Shown: one piece after another, positions 32,785-40,989 of the stretch
How the letters are laid out: each line of letters begins with the position of its first letter
How positions within the stretch are numbered: the stretch's first letter is position 1
Translations under genes and position numbers: made by a program
Assembly (NCBI GenBank): GCA_049642725.1
Contig: JBARPC010000016.1
Coordinates: forward strand, 14,838-78,837
Source: Minisyncoccales bacterium
GTDB taxonomy: Bacteria > Patescibacteriota > Minisyncoccia > Minisyncoccales > JAGMDC01
Direction of reading: 5' to 3'
DNA: 64,000 nucleotides
The notes under the pieces: generated by a model
The model's database searches: none
Told to the model about the DNA's origin: nothing
The model's input: only the letters and a program-made list of their open reading frames with translations

Positions 32785-32798
32785 GAAACTGTGGATAA
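32785..32798 (-). promoter_or_regulatory. perfect DnaA box within the 14-mer TTATCCACAGTTTC, 9 nt upstream of TTGACA (32780..32775)
   Basis: Minus strand reads TTATCCACAGTTTCCTGATTGACAAGG. Same 14-mer as 17038..17051. Confidence 0.4.
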
Positions 32799-32813
32799 CT
32801 ATCGGACATAAAA

Positions 32814-32837
32814 AACCTTGTTTTAACAAGCAAGGTT
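32814..32837 (-). terminator. rho-independent terminator after the AbiEii-like gene
   Basis: Minus strand reads AACCTTG-CTTGTTAAAA-CAAGGTT followed by TTTTTAT. Confidence 0.6.
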
Positions 32838-32863
32838 TGGGAATAAAATATTAAGCACTGACA

Positions 32864-33484
32864 TTAACTATCAACTATCTTTTTTACTTCTTCTTTGAGT
32901 TTATTTTTAATTCCTGACCAAGAAGCTTTTTTTATCATTTCGGGTATCGGCTCTACGTCGGCTGGCTCAAAATAAATTAAACTCTTTAAAATGTGAAATC
33001 GATTATATTGAATGCCTTGATATTTTTTATCGAATAAATTAAGAAGCTTTTCAAGGGAATATTTTTCAAGTAAAAAATATAAATCTATAAAATCTTTTTT
33101 AGCTCCCCTACTAGAAATAGCATCTATCTTCATACATATAATATCACGTTCATCGGCTAACTCAATTTTTTTAAATTCAATAAAAGGAAATAATAGTTTG
33201 TATGGATAAATAAAAAAACTAACCTTGACTCCATCCAACTGGCAATTTAGCGTGTTATCATCTTCTGATTCTATTTTAAAATTATTAAAAGCAAAAAGTT
33301 TTCTTTTCAAAGAAATTAAAGAAACTTTTTTTTGTGAAAACCAATCCAAATCAATTGACTTTCGATGTCCTAACTGTAAAGCCAAGGCAGTGCCACCTGC
33401 TAAATAAAAATTTTGGACTTCTTTGATATTGCTTAACGCTTCCAAAACGCGTTTGGTTTTAATGTTGATAACTTCTTGATGCAT
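32864..33484 (-). CDS. nucleotidyltransferase AbiEii/AbiGii-like toxin family protein
   Basis: FYLAGGTALALQLGHRKSIDLDWFS and the later D-rich motifs resemble the AbiEii nucleotidyltransferase fold signature. Confidence 0.65.
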   Translation of the reverse strand: MHQEVINIKTKRVLEALSNIKEVQNFYLAGGTALALQLGHRKSIDLDWFSQKKVSLISLKRKLFAFNNFKIESEDDNTLNCQLDGVKVSFFIYPYKLLFPFIEFKKIELADERDIICMKIDAISSRGAKKDFIDLYFLLEKYSLEKLLNLFDKKYQGIQYNRFHILKSLIYFEPADVEPIPEMIKKASWSGIKNKLKEEVKKIVDS

Positions 33485-33744
33485 AAAAATGAATTAATGG
33501 GGATATTAAATATTAAACTCCAAAAATTTATTGTTTTTTTATTAGTATAATTTATCTTAACAGCTGTTTTTTTTATTTTTTTAAAACCATATATTTCCTG
33601 AAGAATTTTATAATCTTTTTCATCGCCAAAAGACAGGACTCTTTCAATAATAAAATCAGCGTTTTTTTTGTAATCTAAATCTTTAAAATGAATATCCCAA
33701 AAAAGAGTTTTATTCAGCTGTTTTAGCTTTTTTTGTAATATCAT
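33433..33744 (-). CDS. small partner ORF upstream of the AbiEii-like gene (candidate antitoxin)
   Basis: LFWDIHFKDLDYKKNADFIIERVLSFGDEKDYKILQEIYG is a pattern I recall seeing upstream of AbiEii-like genes. Overlaps the downstream gene by 52 nt. Confidence 0.4.
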   Translation of the reverse strand: MILQKKLKQLNKTLFWDIHFKDLDYKKNADFIIERVLSFGDEKDYKILQEIYGFKKIKKTAVKINYTNKKTINFWSLIFNIPINSFLCIKKLSTLKPNAFWKR

Positions 33745-33768
33745 ATTTATACTATCATAACATAGTTA

Positions 33769-34203
33769 TTAGTTCTTGTCATATAAAGTTATCTTTCTAA
33801 TATTTTTATTAATGAACTTGAATTTTATTTTGATAATGTTTTTAGGCAGGATTTTTTCTATTTTCTCTGGCCATTCTATAACAATAATGCTTTTTGGCTG
33901 GGAAATAATTTCTTTAAATCCGATATCTAAAATTTCCTCTGGTGTCTGGATACGGTAGCAATCAATATGGAAAAAATTTTCGTATCTTCGCATTATTACA
34001 AAGGTCGGGCTTGTAATTCTTTCCTTAAAGCCAAGCCCCTTGGCGAAACCCTGGACAAAGGTTGTTTTGCCTGCGCCTAAATCGCCGCTTAAAGCGATTA
34101 CTAAAGCATCTTTCTTTTGAGGAAGTTTTAGAATTTTTTTTGCCAAGCTCTCTCCAAGTTTTTTTGTCTGCCGGGTACTTATTGTGATATATTTTTTTTC
34201 CAC
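33769..34203 (-). CDS. tsaE: tRNA t6A biosynthesis ATPase TsaE
   Basis: ALSGDLGAGKTTFVQGFAKGLG...SPTF...HIDCYR is the TsaE/YjeE signature. Confidence 0.85.
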   Translation of the reverse strand: MEKKYITISTRQTKKLGESLAKKILKLPQKKDALVIALSGDLGAGKTTFVQGFAKGLGFKERITSPTFVIMRRYENFFHIDCYRIQTPEEILDIGFKEIISQPKSIIVIEWPEKIEKILPKNIIKIKFKFINKNIRKITLYDKN

Positions 34204-34260
34204 ATTGACGAGATTGTTTATTTAAGTTAATTTGAAATAATACTTACTCATTTCTATAAT

Positions 34261-35559
34261 ATGAATAAAAAAATAACTGGTCAAATCTTTATTTCAGATG
34301 AAGCACTTTCTGAGATAGAAAAGAAAGTAAAAAATCTTTCTGATTTCAAAAAAAACATTGAATCAGTTTTACAAGAAAATATTACTGAAGTTTTAGAAAA
34401 TATTTTAGCAGGCGCCATAAATCTAAATGCTTCAGATATTCATATTGAACCAAGAAAAAAAGAAACAAAAATCAGAATAAGAATTGACGGCATACTCCAA
34501 GAGGTTGTCTCTTTAGATAAAAAAATATTTGAATCCATTCTTTCTAGAATCAAACTTTTAAGCGCTCTGAAGCTTAATGTTTCTGACCGGCCGCAAGACG
34601 GCAGATTTTCTATTATTTCCAAACAGGAAATAATAGAAATTAGAGTCTCTTCCCTGCCCTCTGAATACGGAGAGTCAATTGTTTTAAGAATTTTAAATCC
34701 TAAATCATTAATTGAGATTGAAAGTTTAGGACTAAGGAAAGATCTGCTTGAACTTTTCTTAAAAGAAATAAAAAAGCCAAATGGAATGATTATTGTTACC
34801 GGACCTACCGGCTCTGGAAAAACAACTACTCTCTATGCTTTTCTTAAAAGGATTAAAAGCCCGGAAGTTAAAGTTATAACAATTGAAGACCCTATTGAAT
34901 ACCATCTCAAAGGTATTTCCCAGACACAAGTAAGACCGGAAAAAGGATACGACTTTGCTAACGGCCTCCGTTCTATTATGAGGCAGGACCCAGACGCAAT
35001 TCTGGTTGGAGAAATCAGGGATTTAGAAACAACTAAAATTGCCATCCAATCAGCGCTTACCGGCCATTTAGTTTTGACTACCTTACATACAAATGACGCT
35101 GCCGGCACTATTGCCCGTTTAATAAATTTAGGCGCGAAGCCGGCAAATATTGGACCAGCAGTAAATATGATTATTGCGCAAAGATTGGTGAGAAAAATCT
35201 GTCCAAAATGCGCTAAATTAGAAAAAGCCCCGCCCTCAATTTTAAATAAATTAAAAAGAGAATTGAAAGGAATTCCCAAAGAGATAAAAATTCCTAAAAT
35301 TGGTGATGGGTTGAAAATTCTAAAACCAAAGGGCTGTGAAGATTGTCATAACTCTGGATATAAAGGAAGGGCTGGTATTTTTGAAGCCATTTTGATTGAT
35401 GATGAAATGGAAAACTTTATTTTTAAAAACCCTTCAATCGCTGCTTTAAGAAAAAAAGCATTTAAAAAAGGAATGACAACTATGAAGCAAGATGGTTTTT
35501 TAAAAGTTTTAAATCAAGAAACAAACATAGAGGAAATAGAAAGGGTGGCTGGCGAGTAA
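34261..35559 (+). CDS. pilB: type IV pilus/type II secretion ATPase (PilB/GspE family, short N-terminus)
   Basis: Walker A GPTGSGKTTTLY, Asp and His boxes (RQDPDAILVGEIRD, GHLVLTTLHTN), tetracysteine CPKC...CEDC motif. Confidence 0.85.
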   Translation: MNKKITGQIFISDEALSEIEKKVKNLSDFKKNIESVLQENITEVLENILAGAINLNASDIHIEPRKKETKIRIRIDGILQEVVSLDKKIFESILSRIKLLSALKLNVSDRPQDGRFSIISKQEIIEIRVSSLPSEYGESIVLRILNPKSLIEIESLGLRKDLLELFLKEIKKPNGMIIVTGPTGSGKTTTLYAFLKRIKSPEVKVITIEDPIEYHLKGISQTQVRPEKGYDFANGLRSIMRQDPDAILVGEIRDLETTKIAIQSALTGHLVLTTLHTNDAAGTIARLINLGAKPANIGPAVNMIIAQRLVRKICPKCAKLEKAPPSILNKLKRELKGIPKEIKIPKIGDGLKILKPKGCEDCHNSGYKGRAGIFEAILIDDEMENFIFKNPSIAALRKKAFKKGMTTMKQDGFLKVLNQETNIEEIERVAGE

Positions 35560-35642
35560 CCCCCCACCACTTTGTAAAACGCCATCTGAAATTTCCTAAA
35601 TATTTTTTTATCTATTTTGACTTTTGGCAAAGTGGTGGGGGG
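35560..35642. repeat. 15-bp perfect inverted repeat CCCCCCACCACTTTG ... CAAAGTGGTGGGGGG separated by 53 nt
   Basis: Arms at 35560..35574 and 35628..35642, starting the base after the pilB stop. The arm is the same as in the intragenic palindrome 14531..14565. Confidence 0.8.
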
Positions 35643-35645
35643 TGA

Positions 35646-35778
35646 GATAGCCTGGAGCCGGGGACAGGACTTCAGCTTGAGAACTTAAAGTTCAGAATTT
35701 CTTTGAGGAATAAGCCAGCATTACCTGAATTATCCATTAACTAAAAGAAATTCCTGTGTCCCCAGCTCCAGGCTATCT
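35646..35778. mobile_element. 133-bp MITE-like element with 22-bp terminal inverted repeats (1 mismatch) and an internal 10-bp stem
   Basis: AGATAGCCTGGAGCCGGGGACA (35646..35667) versus TGTCCCCAGCTCCAGGCTATCT (35757..35778). Inner pair GAATTTCTTT/AAAGAAATTC. No ORF. Confidence 0.5.
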
Positions 35779-35802
35779 TTGCCTTTAATTATAATAAATA
35801 AT

Positions 35803-36810
35803 ATGAATTTGTCAACCCCTATACCCTCTAAAGAGGACGAAGTTTTAGATAACGCTTTACGGCCTAAAAACTGGAAAGAATATGTTGGTCAGGAAAAATT
35901 AAAGAAAAATCTAAGGATAATTATTGAAGCAGCTAAACAAAGAAATGAAGCGCCTGACCACTTGCTTTTCTACGGAAACCCTGGCTTAGGAAAAAGCACT
36001 ATCTCACATCTTATTGCTAAAGAGATGAAAACTGATATTAAAACTACCTCTGGCCCGGCTATTGAAAAAGCTGGTGATTTAGTTTCTATTTTAACTAATC
36101 TTAGTGATGGTGATGTTCTTTTTATTGACGAAATTCATCGTTTAAACAAGGTTTGTGAAGAAATATTTTATCCAGCAATGGAGGATTTTAAGTTAAATCT
36201 TATTTTAGGAAAAGGCCCAATGGCGCGAACAATGGAAATGAAACTGCCCAGATTTACTTTAATAGGAGCGACAACCCGTTTAGCTCTTTTGTCGTCGCCT
36301 TTAAGAAACCGTTTTGGAGCTATTTTCCAAATTAATTTTTATAACTCCAAAGATATTGAAAAAATTATTGAGTATTCCGGTAAGACTTTAAATATAGCAA
36401 TAGAGCCAAAAGCGATAACAATAATTTCTAAACGCTCACGTTTTACTCCGCGAGTAGCTAACCGCTTATTGAAAAGAATTAGAGATTTCGCTCAAGTAGA
36501 AGGCGACGGAATTATTGATGAAAAAATCACCAAATCAGCTATGAAATTTTTAGAAATTGATGGGTTTGGATTAGAGCCAGGAGACAGAAAAATTATTAAA
36601 ACAATTATTAAAAAATTTGAAGGAGGACCGGTTGGCTTAAAAACTCTGTCAGCCGCTACTTCTGAAGAAGAAGATACTATTTTAGATATCTATGAACCTT
36701 ACTTAATGCAATTAGGATTTATAGAAAGAACTCCCAAAGGAAGAATGGCTACTTTGAATGCTTATAAATATTTTGGAATAAAATATAAAAAGGAACAGAA
36801 TCTGCTTTAG
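35803..36810 (+). CDS. ruvB: Holliday junction helicase RuvB
   Basis: LRPKNWKEYVGQEK...LLFYGNPGLGKSTISHLIA...LFIDEIHRL. Start set at ATG 35803 rather than the TTG at 35779. Confidence 0.9.
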   Translation: MNLSTPIPSKEDEVLDNALRPKNWKEYVGQEKLKKNLRIIIEAAKQRNEAPDHLLFYGNPGLGKSTISHLIAKEMKTDIKTTSGPAIEKAGDLVSILTNLSDGDVLFIDEIHRLNKVCEEIFYPAMEDFKLNLILGKGPMARTMEMKLPRFTLIGATTRLALLSSPLRNRFGAIFQINFYNSKDIEKIIEYSGKTLNIAIEPKAITIISKRSRFTPRVANRLLKRIRDFAQVEGDGIIDEKITKSAMKFLEIDGFGLEPGDRKIIKTIIKKFEGGPVGLKTLSAATSEEEDTILDIYEPYLMQLGFIERTPKGRMATLNAYKYFGIKYKKEQNLL

Positions 36811-36877
36811 TTTTAAACAATTTCTAAACATTTTCTGGACAGTTTTTAAACAGTTTTTTTGATAGTTGATAGATAAG

Positions 36878-38065
36878 ATGAAAAAAACTTGGAAAATTTG
36901 TTTTTGTTCTTTATTATATGTTGTTTGTTCTTTGTTCTTTATGCTTGGCTTAGCTAAGCATAATTTTGTCTCAGCCTATAAATCGCTTGATGTAGTAATC
37001 AATGAAGTTTGCTGGATGGGCACAAAGGCCTCACATAGTGACGAATGGATTGAGTTGTATAATAATAGCGATGCTGATATAAATCTTGATGGCTGGGTAT
37101 TAAAAGCTAATGACAAAAGCCCGGAAATTGAACTAATGGGTATTATTTTAGGTAAAAGTTTTTATATTTTAGAAAGAACTGATGATGATAGTGCGGCTGA
37201 AATTTCTGCTGATATAATTTATAAAGGAGCTTTAAATAATAAAGGAGAAATTTTAGAACTTTTTGATGGCGATAAAAATCTGATAGATAAAGTGGATTGC
37301 GGCAAAGGATGGTTTGCCGGTGACAATAAAACAAAACAAACAATGGAAAAGCTTGTTGAAGTCGGACTTCAACAAGCTCATTGGCAGACAAGCCAAAAAC
37401 CAGGCGGAACACCAAAAACTAAAAACAGTGATGGAAATGCTATGGAGGCCGAAACTCCTATGGAGGTTCGGCCTCAAAGCGAGCCGCCTCAAAACGAGCA
37501 TTATCCTTCTGGAATAATTATCAATGAAATACTGGCCTCGCCAGAGGGCCCTGACGCGGAAAATGAATGGATAGAAATTTTTAATGAAAATAATTTTGAT
37601 ACTGATATCTCTGGCTGGAAAATTTCTGACACTGTTGGTGGTATTAAGAGTTATACTTTTCCAATAGGAACAAAAATCCCAGGAAAAGAATTTTTGGTTT
37701 TAGAGCGTCCGGAAACAAAAATTACTTTAAATAACAATGGTGATGGATTAAAAATCTTTAATCCTAATGGAAAAATCGTTGATGAAATAAACTTTGAAAA
37801 AGCGACCTTAGGACAATCATATAATAAATTTGAATCTGAATGGCAATGGTCAGAAAATTTAACGCCTGGCGCTGTTAATAGTTCAGGAAAACATACGGAG
37901 AGCGAGTTTCTATTAGATGGTTCCAGCGAAGCAAGAATCAGCCAAGGATTTAAACAACTCTACGAGAACAGTTCTCGTAGAATGGCTGTTGTAATTGCTC
38001 TAATAATTGCTTTTTGTTCAGCTATTATTATTTTAATTTTAAAAAAGAATTTGAAAAGTAATTAA
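36878..38065 (+). CDS. membrane-anchored protein with two lamin-tail (LTD) domains
   Basis: VVINEVCWMGTKASHSDEWIELYNNSDADINLDGWVL and IIINEILASPEGPDAENEWIEIFNENNFDTDISGWKI are LTD signatures. N- and C-terminal hydrophobic segments. Confidence 0.75.
   Translation: MKKTWKICFCSLLYVVCSLFFMLGLAKHNFVSAYKSLDVVINEVCWMGTKASHSDEWIELYNNSDADINLDGWVLKANDKSPEIELMGIILGKSFYILERTDDDSAAEISADIIYKGALNNKGEILELFDGDKNLIDKVDCGKGWFAGDNKTKQTMEKLVEVGLQQAHWQTSQKPGGTPKTKNSDGNAMEAETPMEVRPQSEPPQNEHYPSGIIINEILASPEGPDAENEWIEIFNENNFDTDISGWKISDTVGGIKSYTFPIGTKIPGKEFLVLERPETKITLNNNGDGLKIFNPNGKIVDEINFEKATLGQSYNKFESEWQWSENLTPGAVNSSGKHTESEFLLDGSSEARISQGFKQLYENSSRRMAVVIALIIAFCSAIIILILKKNLKSN
37350..37378. repeat. perfect palindrome AGCTTGTTGAAGTC-G-GACTTCAACAAGCT (family copy 2, longest) inside CDS
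   Basis: Read directly. Encodes KLVEVGLQQA. Confidence 0.9.
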
Positions 38066-38093
38066 AAATTTAGTAAGATAAAATTATAATAAC

Positions 38094-38816
38094 ATGAGCG
38101 GACATTCTCATTTTAGTTCAATAAAACATAAAAAAGCAATTACCGATGCCAAGCGCGGCAAAATTTTCTCTAAAATAGCTCGGCAGATTTTGATTGCCGT
38201 AAAAGAAAAAGGAAACGACCCAGAAACCAACTCTAGTTTGCGTTTAGTTATTGAAAAAGCCAGGTCAGTAAATATGCCGAAAGATAATATAGAAAAAGCT
38301 ATTAAAAGAGGAACTGGAAGCACAGAAGGAGAAAAACTAGAAGAAGTAATTTTTGAAGCATATGGACCTGCTGGAACAGCTATCATTATTGAAGGAATTA
38401 CTGACAATAAAAACAGAACCCTGGGAGAGATCAGGCAGGTTTTAAATCAGGCAGGCGGTAAAATGGCTGGAGAAGGTTCGGTTAAGTGGATGTTTGAAAG
38501 AAAAGGAGCTATAACAGTCAACAATGAACAAAAAACAATAAACAAAGAAGATTTAGAGATGAAAGTGATTGAAGCGGGGGCAGATGATACTTATTGGCAT
38601 AATGGCATATTAGATGTCTATACTAAGCCAGAGGGACTGGAAAAAGTTAAAAAAAATCTTGAAGCGCAAAATATTGAAATTGAATCTGCATCGTTGGATT
38701 GGGTCGCTAAAGATATGATTGAATTAGAAGAAAAAGACAAGCAAAAAATAGAAAAATTATTTGAATTATTAGATGAAAACGAAGCGGTACAGGAAATATA
38801 CTCAAACATCTCGTAA
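38094..38816 (+). CDS. yebC: YebC/PmpR family DNA-binding regulator
   Basis: MSGHSHFSSIKHKKAITDAKRGKIFSKIARQI is the family's hallmark N-terminus. Confidence 0.9.
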   Translation: MSGHSHFSSIKHKKAITDAKRGKIFSKIARQILIAVKEKGNDPETNSSLRLVIEKARSVNMPKDNIEKAIKRGTGSTEGEKLEEVIFEAYGPAGTAIIIEGITDNKNRTLGEIRQVLNQAGGKMAGEGSVKWMFERKGAITVNNEQKTINKEDLEMKVIEAGADDTYWHNGILDVYTKPEGLEKVKKNLEAQNIEIESASLDWVAKDMIELEEKDKQKIEKLFELLDENEAVQEIYSNIS

Positions 38817-38833
38817 TTTTAACATTTGTTAGT

Positions 38834-39343
38834 ATGATTATACTCGGCATTGACCCAGGAACAGCCAACACGGGGTTTGGCGTGGTTAGTAATATAAAAT
38901 CTAAAAACCAAAATAGACTTAGGTGTTTGGATTACGGTTGCATTAAAACATCACCGAAATTGACTGACGGGGCGCGGCTTGAAAAAATAAACACAGAACT
39001 TAAAAAAATAATTAAGAAATATCAACCAAAAGTGATGGCCGTAGAAAATGTGTATTTCTTTAAAAACTTAAAAACTGCTTTTCCAGTAAGCCAGGCAAAA
39101 GGAGTAATATTATTTACAGCTGCCAAGAAAAAAATTCCGGTTTATGAATTCACTCCTCTTCAAGTTAAAATGGCGATTACGGGTTATGGAAAAGCAGATA
39201 AAAAACAAATCCAAAAAATGATAAAGGTTATTCTTAATCTAAAAGAACCACCAAGACCAGATGACGCTGCTGATGCTTTAGCAATAGCAGTTTGTTCTAT
39301 TAATTTTATAAAAACCCTTAAAGGGGTTGACAAACTTGCTTAA
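38834..39343 (+). CDS. ruvC: Holliday junction resolvase RuvC
   Basis: IILGIDPGTANTGFGVV...VENVYF...DAADALAIAVC catalytic motifs. Confidence 0.9.
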   Translation: MIILGIDPGTANTGFGVVSNIKSKNQNRLRCLDYGCIKTSPKLTDGARLEKINTELKKIIKKYQPKVMAVENVYFFKNLKTAFPVSQAKGVILFTAAKKKIPVYEFTPLQVKMAITGYGKADKKQIQKMIKVILNLKEPPRPDDAADALAIAVCSINFIKTLKGVDKLA

Positions 39344-39451
39344 AAAAATATAATAGAAACTGTAGATGGAAAGGTCGATGATAATAGAGTAGAAATTAAA
39401 AATCACTCTTTTTTTATTTAATATAAAGAGAGTGATATTCTTTAAAAAATT

Positions 39452-39703
39452 ATGATTTACGAATTTATTAATCAAGATACAGAAGAAGGAGGAGAAAAAA
39501 CCACTGAAGAGGAAACTCCTGCTTCTACTGAAAAAGAAACTGGTTCTGAAGAAGTAACTAGCCAGGATACAGGAGAAGGAACTCCTGAAGAAGGAGCCAC
39601 TGAAGCTCCTGCTGAGGGAGAAAAAACTCCTGAAGCTCCTGCTGAAGGAGAAGAAAAAGAAGGTGAAGAACAGAAAAGCGAAGAAGAAACTCCGGTTGTA
39701 TAG
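39452..39703 (+). CDS. small highly acidic Glu/Thr/Pro-rich protein of unknown function
   Basis: 83-aa ORF with repeated EAPAEGE units, followed by a strong terminator. Low-complexity, so coding status is uncertain. Confidence 0.45.
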   Translation: MIYEFINQDTEEGGEKTTEEETPASTEKETGSEEVTSQDTGEGTPEEGATEAPAEGEKTPEAPAEGEEKEGEEQKSEEETPVV

Positions 39704-39706
39704 TTT

Positions 39707-39732
39707 AAAAATCCCGCCTCTGCGGGATTTTT
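39707..39732. terminator. bidirectional rho-independent terminator between convergent genes
   Basis: AAAAATCCCGC-CTCT-GCGGGATTTTT. Confidence 0.8.
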
Positions 39733-39738
39733 AAATAT

Positions 39739-40923
39739 TTAAGTATAACTAATAATTTTAACAAATTTTCTTTTCCCTACTTGAATTATCATATCTTTCT
39801 TTGTTTTAATTTTTGCCTGCCAGTCATTTTGAATTTTATTATCTATTCTAACTCCTTTTTGCAAAACCAATCTCTTGGCTTCTGATTTTGAGGAAGTTAG
39901 TTTTATTTTCACCAACAAGTCCAAAATATTCCAATTGCCAAGCTTTAATTTTATCACAGGAATTTTTAAAGGTATTTTTTTTTCTTTAAAAATTCTATTA
40001 AATTCTTTTTCTGCCTTTTCTGCTATTTTTTTACTATAAAGAAGCAAGATAATTTCTTTAGCCAATTTTGCCTTTGCATCTCTTGGATTTATTATTTTTT
40101 TAAGTTCGGACATCGGAACATTTGTACAAAGTTCAAAGGCAGTATTTATTAATTCATCCGGCCAGTTCATTATCCTCCCATATATTTCCTTCGGTTTTTC
40201 GTTTAAGTTAATTATATTTCCCTCGGTTTTTCCCATTTTCTCCCCTTTAAAACTAACTAAAAGTTTTGTCGCCAAAACAAATTTTTCCTTATTCTTTAGT
40301 TTCTTAGCTAATGTCCTTCCGGCCAGCATATTAAAGGTTTGGTCGTTCCCCCCAATTTCTAAATCAACATCCATTGAAACGCTATCGTAGGCCTGAAATA
40401 TTGGATACAAAAACTCATGTACGCGAATATCTCTACCTGCTTTGATTCGTCTCTGAAACATATCTCTCTCCAATAATCTGGCAACTGTAAAATTGGAGGA
40501 CAGTTCAAGCATGTCTTTAGGTTTTAATTTGTTAGTCCATTCTTCATTGTGTAAAAATCTAACATTTGCCTTCTTAAGGTCTAAAATTTTGCCAATCTGT
40601 TTTTTATAATCTTTAGCATTTACTAAAACCTGTTCTCGAGTTAATATTTTTCTTGTCGCATTCTTATCAGTCGGATCACCAATAGTGGCTGTGAAGTCCC
40701 CTATTAAAACAATCGTTTCATGCCCCAAATCCTGAAATTGACGTAGCTTTCTTAAAACCGCCAAATGGCCTATATGAAGCCTACCTGTTGGGTCTATACC
40801 ATTATAAACCCTGAGTTTTTTACCGGATTTTAAAACTTTTTCTAACGCCTTGCGGTTAGGATAAATTGTTTCCACACCACGCACTAAAATCTCTTCAATT
40901 TTTTTAGAGTTAGTGTTTATCAT
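39739..40923 (-). CDS. tyrS: tyrosyl-tRNA synthetase
   Basis: HIGH motif (GRLHIGHL), KMGKT (KMSKS), C-terminal S4-like domain. Start moved to internal Met MINTNSKK. Confidence 0.9.
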   Translation of the reverse strand: MINTNSKKIEEILVRGVETIYPNRKALEKVLKSGKKLRVYNGIDPTGRLHIGHLAVLRKLRQFQDLGHETIVLIGDFTATIGDPTDKNATRKILTREQVLVNAKDYKKQIGKILDLKKANVRFLHNEEWTNKLKPKDMLELSSNFTVARLLERDMFQRRIKAGRDIRVHEFLYPIFQAYDSVSMDVDLEIGGNDQTFNMLAGRTLAKKLKNKEKFVLATKLLVSFKGEKMGKTEGNIINLNEKPKEIYGRIMNWPDELINTAFELCTNVPMSELKKIINPRDAKAKLAKEIILLLYSKKIAEKAEKEFNRIFKEKKIPLKIPVIKLKLGNWNILDLLVKIKLTSSKSEAKRLVLQKGVRIDNKIQNDWQAKIKTKKDMIIQVGKRKFVKIISYT

Positions 40924-40989
40924 TTTCTTATCATAGCAAAAGTATTTTAATTTGCCAAATAGAACATAATCTATTAAAGTTAAAAGTAT

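Noticed and set aside
37143-37517. Three overlapping short ORFs (and 57671..57941 in rsmA) containing LKSDFN peptides
   Set aside because: They are mirror-image artefacts of the palindromic element read in its second open frame. They lie inside well-supported LTD and RsmA coding sequences.
39344-39451. Hairpin ATCACTCT-N17-AGAGTGAT and a tiny ORF (MERSMIIE) between ruvC and the acidic protein gene
   Set aside because: The stem is AT-rich with a long loop and no U-run on either side. The ORF is 8 codons with no SD. There is not enough evidence for a terminator, riboswitch or peptide.
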